In this document: positions 55,802 to 64,000 of the stretch, piece after piece
How the letters are laid out: each line of letters starts with the position of its first letter
Position numbering within the stretch: position 1 is the first letter of the stretch
From: a virus
Taxonomy: Duplodnaviria > Heunggongvirae > Uroviricota > Caudoviricetes
Direction: 5' to 3' (one strand)
IMG/VR virus record: IMGVR_UViG_3300047548_001872
DNA length: 64,000 nucleotides
The notes under the pieces: model-generated
What the model saw: only the letters and a program-made list of their open reading frames with translations
What the model was told of the DNA's origin: nothing
Database searches by the model: none
Position numbers and translations under genes: made by a program

Positions 55802-58800
55802 TTATTTTTTAAGTTCAGCAAAAGCACGTTTTAAAGCTGATTGCCATGACTCTCCATCTTTGCGAATTTCTTTCGCCAAAGCTGTAGCTTGCTTGAATTT
55901 ATTGTTATTTTCTTGTTTTGGCAAACTTCCGCCATTCATAAAGCTCGTCTCATCTAAATCAGATAACTTTAATCGCATTGGTGGTGCGCCAGAGGTCATT
56001 TTATTCAAATAAACAGCCATGATGTAATTATCATCGTCATGGCTTAAAATATGAACGGATTTACCTTCCTTGGTTTTTACTTGTTTGCCCTTCAAGTTAA
56101 CTTTAACTTTCTTGGAGGTTTCTTCTTTTTTGCCCATTAAACCACCAAAAAACTTTTTCTCAGCTTGTTGAGCTTTAACTTTTCCAGCTACTCTATCGCC
56201 AACTTGTTTTGCTTCTTCTTTGGAGTAGAATTTACCAAATTCTTCTTGATATTCGCTTTTAACGGGTTTGCCAACATATTGCTTGGCAACTTTTAACGAC
56301 AACTTTTCAAAGTTTGAAATTTTCCCTCCATACTTGAATTCACCTGTTTCCATAAAGGCTTCAAATATTTCTACTCCTTTATCATGTTGCTCGGAAACAA
56401 CTTTTTCGGTAGTTCTCTTTGGAGTCGTAACAATTAGAGTATAGTATGGGTCTTTATGTGCAGTGTACTTCCACATTTTTACGCCTTTTGTTCCCGTCTC
56501 TTCAACTCTACCTGCTTGGACAGAAGTAATTAAATTGCCTTTAAAGTTTTTGTGGGTTATAAGCCTCCAATCATATCCGTTGTGGTCAGAATACTCGGTT
56601 TCAGCCATCCAGTTGCCTCTTGCATCTTTTCGCAATCGAGTTGTTGGCTTGTTGCTGCTGCTTGCACCTTTAGATGAAGATGAATCTTCAATTGGTTTTG
56701 CATCTTTCTTAACCCAATATCCATTAGCAGGATTTATTTTATTACCGTTTTTCAATTCAACCTCAACAACATCACGTTTTGGAACGTAAAAAGCCTTTTT
56801 AGACAATTCACCGCCATTCATTAGTATGTTTGCTCCATTGAATACATCTGAACCTTTGTAGGTAACTTCTTTTCCATTACGTTTAACCGTAACGGTCTTG
56901 ATGTCAGCTTTTAGGATGTATTTTTTGGCTTTTTTTGAACCTTCTACCATAGAATCAAATTCTCCATCAAGAAGTCTTTTGTATATATCTTTGTAATAAG
57001 CCACTCCTTCTTTGTCTTTGCTTTTAGCTCTCATGTCAATAAGCCTTTTTGCACTTTCTTTCATCTCATCAAGAACTTCTTGAGTAAATTTGCCTGTATC
57101 GCCTTTTGCTCCTAATTTTATTAGGTTATATCCATTTCTCAATCCATCTCTGTCCTGAGTAAAAATATAGGTATTCCCTGATGTATCTAATCGAATATCA
57201 CCATAATCCCCATTTACTGGGTTGCCATAATTATTCATTACGGTGGCATATCTTTTCTCATCTTTTTGATAAACCACATCCCCTACGTTGAATTTTATAT
57301 TTTCATCGGGAGTGAAAGAGTTTTTGGCAAAATATAAATACATCGTGTTAGCTACACCTGAACCCTCCATTTTTGTGACAAAATAAAAAGCCTCCATAAT
57401 GTCCAGTCCGTCCCATTCCGTTAATCTTGCAATGGCTCTTCCATAATCTTCTGCAAGTTTACTTGGAATGAAGTATTCAGACTTGTACGCCTCATCTTTA
57501 TCATCGGTGTCTGCAAGAATTTTTGCTAATTTTAATGCTTCGTCATGAAAATTGGCATCGGTCAAAGCCTCAATTAAGGCTTGATACATAGTTAAATCAT
57601 ACTCTTTTTTGCCCAGATTATCAATTGTGATTCCTTTTTCTTTGGCTATTTTTTGAGCTTGCAAATTCAAACTTCCATTGACTTTACCGCCAAATAAGTA
57701 TGAATTTTTCGTGCTTCCACCATAAGCAAAATCCTCAACCAAATAAGGTATTTGAACAGGTCGACCCATCATGTCGGTAACTCTTGACATTTGAATTTTA
57801 GTCATAGGTATAAATGGGTAATTGCTACCCCAAGCACCTTGTTTAAGGTTTGTTAAACCAACAATTCCATTTTTTTCATGCACATACCAAAGCTCATCAT
57901 CATAAATAACAGGGTCGCCTAAGTACATTTTTCGCTCGATGCTTCCTCCGTTTTCAAACTTCGTGTTAGTCCATCCAAACAATTCAGAATTAGCACGGAA
58001 ATAACGATTACCTCCGACTGATGTATAGTCGATTTCCCCGACGATATTATCCATATTGTCAAACACATTGAAAAAAGCACTAATAACTTGAGAATCGGAT
58101 GTCTGAATCATTGGGGCAATATAATATTCTAAGCCATCCATTTCAAAAGACATATTATCTCTTAGTACAACATCGTTTTTGCCTTTTAGAAAGCCTTTGA
58201 TTTTTTCAAAAGCCATTTCGGAAAACTCTTTTTTGAATTCCTTTTCGGGAACTTCTTCGATTTCAACCATGCCTCTTTCGTTTTCCTCTTCCTCTTCTTT
58301 TAGGTCTTCAATCATTTCTTGTTTACCATCAAGGTAATGGACAACATCCGATAAATCAGCCGTTGCTCTACCCATTTTGGCAATAACCCAAGCAGGAATT
58401 CGAACTGGTTTTTTCAAAATATCCTCCAACTCATCCGAGTGGTGGTCAATTTGCTCATTTTGATTTATAAGCATTTCTTTTGCCTCATCTGAAAGGCTAC
58501 CTCCGTTGGCAAAAAACTCCCCAGCACGTAAGCCCTGAAGCACCTCTTCGGCATTGATAGGCGTGAAAGAGGTATCTCTCTCAAAACCTAATCCAAATCG
58601 ACCTCGATAGTTCTCAAGCTGGCTTCTACTCACCGAACCAACTTCAGCACCATAGCCCAAGTCAACAATTGCCCAAAGGTAATCAGGGTCGTCTGGGTCT
58701 GAATTAATAATAAACCATGTTCCAACACCAGTAGGGTTGAATATTTTAGCAACGACCACTTGTTTAGAGAGGTCGCTGCCTAATGGATATTGACTAAATA

Positions 58801-58834
58801 GCTTTTTATCTATTGCGGATGTAAATAATTTCAT
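55802..58834 (-). CDS. giant protein (1010 aa), partly paralogous to 58847..61405; recurring F/Y-x-N/D-GG motifs
   Basis: FANGGSL, FENGGSI, LMNGGEL, FMNGGSL. The block KRNGKEVTYKGSDVFNGANILMNGGEL...ANGYWVKKDAKP is shared with the 852-aa neighbour. Confidence 0.6.
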   Translation of the reverse strand: MKLFTSAIDKKLFSQYPLGSDLSKQVVVAKIFNPTGVGTWFIINSDPDDPDYLWAIVDLGYGAEVGSVSRSQLENYRGRFGLGFERDTSFTPINAEEVLQGLRAGEFFANGGSLSDEAKEMLINQNEQIDHHSDELEDILKKPVRIPAWVIAKMGRATADLSDVVHYLDGKQEMIEDLKEEEEENERGMVEIEEVPEKEFKKEFSEMAFEKIKGFLKGKNDVVLRDNMSFEMDGLEYYIAPMIQTSDSQVISAFFNVFDNMDNIVGEIDYTSVGGNRYFRANSELFGWTNTKFENGGSIERKMYLGDPVIYDDELWYVHEKNGIVGLTNLKQGAWGSNYPFIPMTKIQMSRVTDMMGRPVQIPYLVEDFAYGGSTKNSYLFGGKVNGSLNLQAQKIAKEKGITIDNLGKKEYDLTMYQALIEALTDANFHDEALKLAKILADTDDKDEAYKSEYFIPSKLAEDYGRAIARLTEWDGLDIMEAFYFVTKMEGSGVANTMYLYFAKNSFTPDENIKFNVGDVVYQKDEKRYATVMNNYGNPVNGDYGDIRLDTSGNTYIFTQDRDGLRNGYNLIKLGAKGDTGKFTQEVLDEMKESAKRLIDMRAKSKDKEGVAYYKDIYKRLLDGEFDSMVEGSKKAKKYILKADIKTVTVKRNGKEVTYKGSDVFNGANILMNGGELSKKAFYVPKRDVVEVELKNGNKINPANGYWVKKDAKPIEDSSSSKGASSSNKPTTRLRKDARGNWMAETEYSDHNGYDWRLITHKNFKGNLITSVQAGRVEETGTKGVKMWKYTAHKDPYYTLIVTTPKRTTEKVVSEQHDKGVEIFEAFMETGEFKYGGKISNFEKLSLKVAKQYVGKPVKSEYQEEFGKFYSKEEAKQVGDRVAGKVKAQQAEKKFFGGLMGKKEETSKKVKVNLKGKQVKTKEGKSVHILSHDDDNYIMAVYLNKMTSGAPPMRLKLSDLDETSFMNGGSLPKQENNNKFKQATALAKEIRKDGESWQSALKRAFAELKK

Positions 58835-58846
58835 ATTGTAAAATTT

Positions 58847-61405
58847 TTAATCGTTTTTGTGAGTTTTTCCGTTTGGTTTTGGAAGGTTCAAATGCTCATA
58901 AGCATTCGGATTTACCGATAACAATTTATCAGGGTTTCCAGCGGAAAATCTTTTAATCGCACGGATTCTTCCTTCAGACAAATCAATATCTTCTTCAAGC
59001 CCATCCTCTAATGGCTTTCTACCGATGTAATCGGAGGATAAATCCATAGGAATATCTACGGGTTCTACTTCTTGGTTAAAGATTGGGGAGCGAAATCTTC
59101 TTTCGTTATCCATTTCCATGAATCCATCGTTTTTTTCGTACAAATTACCTCCATCGGCAAAAGACTTTTTCGTAATACTCATTGGTACGGGTTTTGCATC
59201 TTTCTTTACCCAATATCCATTTGCAGGCGTTACTAAGTGTCCATTTTTAAGCGTTACGTACACAATTTCTCTTTTAGGAATGTAATTTGCCTTGGAAGAA
59301 ATCTTACCCCCATCATCAAAAGTATTTACCCCATTAAAAACATCCGTGCCTTTGTAAGAAACCTCTTTGCCATTTCTCATAACATTTACATAAGCAATAT
59401 CATCATGGTCAATATACTTTCTTGGCTTGCTTGCATACATTTTGTCAGATTTTATAGTTTTCATAACCTCTGACTTGGTTTTTTTGTATCCAGATGTAGA
59501 TTTATCGCCAACAATCAAAATCACGAATTCTTCTTTATCAATAGTTTTTGTTCCTAATGCTTGCATCAATGCTAAAACTTCACGCTCGCTAAGATTTTCT
59601 TCTTTTGTAAATTCTTTAACGGCAGCAACATTTGTTCCTGTTAAAGATGCAATTTGTTCAATAGCAAGTTGTTCTAACGATGGGGTGCTTTTTAACTTGC
59701 CTCCACTCTTGAAAATACCTGCACTTGCACCTTCTCCTAAGTAATAATTTACATAGGGTTGAGATGCAGCATCGATAATAGCTTGGTTTTGCATCATCAC
59801 GCCACCATCCATAAACAACTCTCCTGCGGACATTGCTCCTGTTTCACCAACAAGACCATCATAGTGAGTGCCTGTGAATCCATTAAGCATAGAAGGGTCT
59901 CCAGTTCCAAATTTACCTCCCATATGACCAGCAAGGTCGGGCATTACGTTTCCGCCAAGTTCAAAACTCTCGCTGTAGTGCAACTCTTTGTAGCCTTTTT
60001 TAATAAGGTCTTGCACAAAGTCGTTAAGCATTTCTTTGTTTTTAAAAGTAGCGATGTCATAAAAATTACTACCATCCTTGTGTTTTTGAACACCATCATG
60101 ATAGCTAACTAAGTATTTGACTTTTCCAACGTTATATTGAATAGTGTATCTTTTTTTACCTACATTACCTCCATCAGCATAAACCTGATTTTGGAAATTA
60201 CCGAAAGTTGGGTCGGTCATGAATTCACCTCCATCAGCATATTTCGTTTCCAACACTTTATTTACTGAATAAGCAGAGCCATAATACCCATTTCCAACAT
60301 CTTTAGCATTCATGTTTACTAAATTTTGGAAATTAGAAGCTGCGTCTTTTGGAGTGAAATGCAAAATATACTCATCACCTTTGTCTTCAATAAAGAAATC
60401 ACCTGATGGTTTATATAGTTTAGCCTTAATTCTATCTTTGGTGAGCTTCACTTTTACGCTTTTGCCTAAGCCACCACCCGATTCCATTTTTAATGACTCC
60501 AAGTGCTGATTCCAATAAGAGAAAAACCGTTCTACCTCTTTTTTGTCACCATCGTTGATTGCTTTTTCTAAGTTCACCAAATCCTCTTTCAAGAAATTAT
60601 ACATTCTTTCATTAGTTTTTGTCAGAAGTGATTTTAAATGACCTGAACTTCCAAGCCAATAAGAGAAAAACCTGTTGACTACTTCAGCATTTCCGCTGTT
60701 TGTAGCTTCACGCAATTGTTCTAAGTCATCTTTCAAAAAATTGTACATTCTTTCATTAGAAACTGAACCGCCATTCTCCAACAAAGGCATGTCTTTTGGG
60801 TATGCAGGAGACAATCTATCGGCATGACCGTCACGGCTTTCCCAATACTTTCTTCCAATCTTGTTTTCGAATGTTCCATATTGGTTTGATGTAAAACCTT
60901 GTTTTGTAACCACTCGCTTGCCTCTTGGCTTTGCAGTGCGAACAGAATCTCTAAGAATATCAGAGTCCTTGAATCCTTCTAACTCTTTACGGGTACGAAC
61001 AATTTTTAATAGCTTCTGCAATTCCGTATCGACTGTTTTTTTGGCTTGGGCTTTATTATTTTTCATAATATCGCTTGCCCGTTTAACCGCATCATTCCAA
61101 GACTCGTCAGCACGTCTAATCTCTTTTGCTAAAGACATGGCGGTTGGTTTTGATGGAGCTGATTTTTTGGGTTTTGCTTTAGTTTTGGATGTGGTTTTTT
61201 TAGTCGTGATTGGCTTTAATGCTTCAGGGTTTTTCTCCTCCAATGCAGCAATAATCTTGTCCAGAGCTAAATCGATTTTCTCTAAAACCTCTTTATCCTT
61301 TGTCTTGAAGTCATTTGTTTTTTGTGAAATGGCTTTCAAAATGCCAACTTGTTTTTCATCAAGTTTGCTTTGGTCGATTCTTTGGAATTTTTGTTTAGTG
61401 TTCAT
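58847..61405 (-). CDS. giant protein (852 aa), paralogous blocks with 55802..58834; internal ~45-aa tandem duplication
   Basis: LENGGSV, ADGGEF, ADGGNV, FMDGGVM, FDDGGKI, FADGGNL. NERMYNFLK(D/E)DL...FFSYW is duplicated in tandem. Confidence 0.6.
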   Translation of the reverse strand: MNTKQKFQRIDQSKLDEKQVGILKAISQKTNDFKTKDKEVLEKIDLALDKIIAALEEKNPEALKPITTKKTTSKTKAKPKKSAPSKPTAMSLAKEIRRADESWNDAVKRASDIMKNNKAQAKKTVDTELQKLLKIVRTRKELEGFKDSDILRDSVRTAKPRGKRVVTKQGFTSNQYGTFENKIGRKYWESRDGHADRLSPAYPKDMPLLENGGSVSNERMYNFLKDDLEQLREATNSGNAEVVNRFFSYWLGSSGHLKSLLTKTNERMYNFLKEDLVNLEKAINDGDKKEVERFFSYWNQHLESLKMESGGGLGKSVKVKLTKDRIKAKLYKPSGDFFIEDKGDEYILHFTPKDAASNFQNLVNMNAKDVGNGYYGSAYSVNKVLETKYADGGEFMTDPTFGNFQNQVYADGGNVGKKRYTIQYNVGKVKYLVSYHDGVQKHKDGSNFYDIATFKNKEMLNDFVQDLIKKGYKELHYSESFELGGNVMPDLAGHMGGKFGTGDPSMLNGFTGTHYDGLVGETGAMSAGELFMDGGVMMQNQAIIDAASQPYVNYYLGEGASAGIFKSGGKLKSTPSLEQLAIEQIASLTGTNVAAVKEFTKEENLSEREVLALMQALGTKTIDKEEFVILIVGDKSTSGYKKTKSEVMKTIKSDKMYASKPRKYIDHDDIAYVNVMRNGKEVSYKGTDVFNGVNTFDDGGKISSKANYIPKREIVYVTLKNGHLVTPANGYWVKKDAKPVPMSITKKSFADGGNLYEKNDGFMEMDNERRFRSPIFNQEVEPVDIPMDLSSDYIGRKPLEDGLEEDIDLSEGRIRAIKRFSAGNPDKLLSVNPNAYEHLNLPKPNGKTHKND

Positions 61406-61419
61406 AACCGTGATTTTTA

Positions 61420-61860
61420 TTAGAATGCATCCTCGATATTATCTAAGAATGACAAGTCTTCTTCTTCTTCTTTTTGTTCAACATTTTTTTTCTTAACTGT
61501 TTTTCCAGTTTTTTTAGTTTTCTTTGGAGCAACCTCTTCCAAATCAATAGTGTCGATTGTATCTATTTTTGCTTCGGGAACTTGCACCACTTCGGGCTGC
61601 ACAACTTCAATCGATTCTGGGTTTTGTCCGATATTCGTTTTCTCTACAACCGCAGCAGTTGGTATTGCTTTTGCATCTTCTTTCGCTTCTTCAAACAACC
61701 CCTTGATGATTTGGTCAATTATTTCAGCTTCTTCCCTTGGGAGTTCTTGAAATAATTTGTTAGTTTCGGATTCTAACTCAGCGAACCTAACAACTCTTTC
61801 ATCTTTGTCCATATAAGCCAAAGAAATCAATTCATTTGATATTTTTTCCAATACGCTCAT
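61420..61860 (-). CDS. acidic hypothetical protein
   Basis: 146 aa. Ends EEEEDLSFLDNIEDAF. Confidence 0.5.
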   Translation of the reverse strand: MSVLEKISNELISLAYMDKDERVVRFAELESETNKLFQELPREEAEIIDQIIKGLFEEAKEDAKAIPTAAVVEKTNIGQNPESIEVVQPEVVQVPEAKIDTIDTIDLEEVAPKKTKKTGKTVKKKNVEQKEEEEDLSFLDNIEDAF

Positions 61861-62198
61861 ACAATGACCAAATTACCGTTTGCATCTAAATCAATCTCAA
61901 TTAAATTTGATTCAAACTCAAGACGTTGATTAATATTTTCGAATTGCTCCAAACAATCCTTTTTTTCTCCATTGGGCTTAATGCAAAGTATTTTGTAAAT
62001 AGACTCAATACCATTATCTGGAAGCAATCCATACGAAGTGTACTTAACATAAATGTCGTTTGGAGTCAAGGCACTATAAAACAACTTCAAATCCTCTCTT
62101 TTTTTCTTGTTAGCAAAAGCAAAACCACTCAAGTAATCTTGCATAGCCTCGATTTGTTCGTTTGTTATTTTGGCAATGTTTTCCATTTTTTTAAACAA
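61857..62198 (-). CDS. hypothetical protein
   Basis: 113 aa. Confidence 0.45.
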   Translation of the reverse strand: MFKKMENIAKITNEQIEAMQDYLSGFAFANKKKREDLKLFYSALTPNDIYVKYTSYGLLPDNGIESIYKILCIKPNGEKKDCLEQFENINQRLEFESNLIEIDLDANGNLVIV

Positions 62199-63879
62199 TA
62201 TTTAGTGCTTCGTTCAAAAGTAAAACTTTTTCCTGAAATTTTTTGTCTTTTTCATTTATTTGTTCCTGACTATCAGCATAAGAGCCTCCGCTAACAACTT
62301 GGTACTTTTCGGTTAAAATAGACAAAATGTACTTTCTAATCATATCTTTAATTTCAACTTTAGTGGATGGTCTGCTGAAAATTTTGTTGAACGTTGAATC
62401 TTCGGTAATTCTTTTATAAAGACTACGAACAAAATCGTTCATCTCAATCATTTCAATAGCCAAAAAGTCCATATAGTAATAGAAACTATAAAACACCTGA
62501 TGCAAGTACGAAAGGATGTTATCATAAGTGATGTTTGCATCGGCAATTTTAGTGTCTACTGTAGATAATGCAAATTGGAAATTTTCATTAACAACTTTTG
62601 TGTTCACAAACGGCTGGTCTTTATTTAATTTCACCCAATTTTTATACCGCTGTAACATTGAGTTCATATAATTTCTATTCCAATAAAAAACATCTGAAAA
62701 AGATGCATCATATTTACCTGAAGGGGAAGCTTGAATTCCATCGTTAGTATTGTAGACTTTGAAAAACCCAAAGAATTGTTCGGCATATTCAGAAGTTGAC
62801 AACAAATAGTATATTTTGTCAAAAGCATCGCTACTTGATTCATTATAATCTTTGACTGGTATAGAAATTGTTGTCATCACAGATTTGTCAGAACCAATTC
62901 TTAACGCTGATATTCGAGAATCGATTCCAAATTCCTCTAAAGTTGCAGCAATTAAAAACGCAGGCAACAAAGCCAAACCTCTTGAGGCATCATTTGTGTA
63001 TTTTTTTTTCAAAAAGTTTATAGGCATAAAAATGTCTACATTTTTTACTGAATCATCTTTTTTATCATAAATTAAGTATGACTTTTTGTTGTTAGAGGCA
63101 TACTTTAATTTTGCATCGCCTCTACCATTAAAAACTTTGTTTTGATTCACGATATCATAAGTAAGCACAATGCCATCCTGATTAGCTTTTAAAAAGCACT
63201 CATCTTTAAATGCATTATGCACTTTTGTAGCTCCTCTCTGTCTTCTTTCGCAATAATAGTCTTTTCCCTTGTTAGAATAGATAAAAAAAGTATTTACTCC
63301 TACAACATTTTTTCTGACATCATCAGGCATCACAACTCCATTTTCTAAACTTTGAAAAAAATACGGGTTTTTTAGAACGCCTTTTTCGATATCTTTTTTA
63401 AGCTCTTCCGAATAAAATTCAATAGGTCTGTACAACCCTAAACTTGCCAATCCGAAATCAAAAACACCATTTGTATCTTGTGTTACGATAATCCTATCAT
63501 TCTTATACAATCCCCCTAAATTGATTAGCGTTTTGATGTTTTCCACAACAATCTTGCTGATTTTTTTAATCTTATCAAACGATTTGTTTGGTTTGTTAAT
63601 TTCGGAAATGAAGGTGCTGAAATCCTTATATTTTGGGTCTGAAACAAAGTACAAGGCTTGTCTTTCAAAGGTTTGTTGATTAGGCTTATTTCTAACTTGC
63701 TCAATAAAACCAAAAGCATCCTCCAAGTTCTTGTACTGAGAGAATATAAATCCATTTTTGCTTGCACCTGTGGTAGAAGCAGAATTTGAACTTATAGAAG
63801 CAGCAGCCCATCTATTAACATAATTAATAAAGGGCTTCCGACCTGCCTGTTGTATTGCCTCAAATAAGTTACTTACCAT
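62191..63879 (-). CDS. large hypothetical protein (562 aa)
   Basis: No recognisable motif. Portal or capsid roles cannot be assigned by eye. Confidence 0.55.
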   Translation of the reverse strand: MVSNLFEAIQQAGRKPFINYVNRWAAASISSNSASTTGASKNGFIFSQYKNLEDAFGFIEQVRNKPNQQTFERQALYFVSDPKYKDFSTFISEINKPNKSFDKIKKISKIVVENIKTLINLGGLYKNDRIIVTQDTNGVFDFGLASLGLYRPIEFYSEELKKDIEKGVLKNPYFFQSLENGVVMPDDVRKNVVGVNTFFIYSNKGKDYYCERRQRGATKVHNAFKDECFLKANQDGIVLTYDIVNQNKVFNGRGDAKLKYASNNKKSYLIYDKKDDSVKNVDIFMPINFLKKKYTNDASRGLALLPAFLIAATLEEFGIDSRISALRIGSDKSVMTTISIPVKDYNESSSDAFDKIYYLLSTSEYAEQFFGFFKVYNTNDGIQASPSGKYDASFSDVFYWNRNYMNSMLQRYKNWVKLNKDQPFVNTKVVNENFQFALSTVDTKIADANITYDNILSYLHQVFYSFYYYMDFLAIEMIEMNDFVRSLYKRITEDSTFNKIFSRPSTKVEIKDMIRKYILSILTEKYQVVSGGSYADSQEQINEKDKKFQEKVLLLNEALNIV

Positions 63880-63885
63880 ACGGAT

Positions 63886-64000
63886 TATTTAAGCATTTTT
63901 TTAATTTCTTCAAGTTCCGCTTCGGTATTCAACATATCTAACGGCAATTTATTTTTCTCGGAAACAATTCTTAACCAATTTGAATAATCGGTTTTTGTTT
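63886..64000 (-). CDS. 3' end of a minus-strand gene continuing beyond the window
   Basis: Open frame ...LPLDMLNTEAELEEIKKMLK* ending at the stop at 63886-88. Confidence 0.3.

Noticed and set aside
60861-61496. 211-aa plus-strand ORF (also 48311..48766, 51377..51805, 6303..6491, 7817..8014, 8180..8410, 59427..60112 and others)
   Set aside because: These are antisense to long, motif-bearing minus-strand genes. Their composition is low-complexity and typical of shadow ORFs.

Overview
The window is AT-rich and densely coding, and reads as a virus (phage) genome segment from a Bacteroidetes-type host. Four copies of a conserved promoter carry the Bacteroidetes -33 TTTG / -7 TAnnTTTG signature. 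There are no rRNA or tRNA genes, no CRISPR array and no clear host housekeeping genes.

The window splits into two strand-segregated halves.

(A) 1-27.3 kb, almost all on the + strand. It consists of operons of many small 'early' genes. Each operon starts at the conserved promoter followed by the leader ACTAACAAATACTTAAA and is closed by an intrinsic terminator. Recognisable products are:
- a BspA-type leucine-rich-repeat (LRR) protein, partial at its 5' end, built on perfect 66-bp tandem repeats
- a GIY-YIG domain protein
- a DnaQ-like (DEDDh) 3'-5' exonuclease
- a Cys-based dual-specificity phosphatase
- a DUF4326-like protein
- a classical AAA ATPase with a ~350-aa N-terminal extension
- an SPFH-like lipoprotein
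- a DnaA domain-IV-like DNA-binding protein
- a PD-(D/E)xK exonuclease plus RecT-like annealase pair, i.e. a RecET/Red-like recombination module
Two arrays of small 'moron' genes (0.8-2.5 kb and 11.9-14.1 kb) are punctuated by GC-rich stem-loop elements sharing a TAACG(K)TT core. A minus-strand island (6.25-9.54 kb) encodes beta-rich structural-looking proteins.

(B) 27.4-64 kb, all on the - strand. This is the late/virion/lysis block:
- an LRAT/NlpC-P60-like protein
- a glycan-modification island: GT9-like glycosyltransferase, DUF2061, a small HAD phosphatase, an HxGH nucleotidyltransferase, APS kinase and a sulfotransferase
- two vertex-fibre/spike-like proteins that share an N-terminal domain; the larger has Gly/Asn-rich repeats
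- about 30 consecutive small single-pass membrane proteins, including a peptidoglycan-binding protein and an HExxH protein
- a 230-aa candidate capsid protein followed by a terminator
- a lysis cassette: holin-like protein, CHAP/NlpC-P60 peptidase and spanin-like proteins
- a 272-aa FtsK/HerA (A32/P9)-like P-loop ATPase
- a VRR-NUC nuclease, a PAP2 phosphatase and two SLT-domain lytic transglycosylases
- two giant partly paralogous proteins with recurring [FY]x[DN]GG[NESK][LVI] motifs

I could not recognise a terminase large subunit, portal, or tail tube/sheath protein. The small packaging-type ATPase, the small jelly-roll-like capsid candidate, the vertex proteins with a shared N-terminal anchor, the extreme density of membrane proteins and the lipid-modifying enzymes together suggest an unusually large internal-membrane-containing (PRD1-like-lineage) phage. 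This is an inference, not established. All functional calls rest on motif recognition by eye; no database searches were run.
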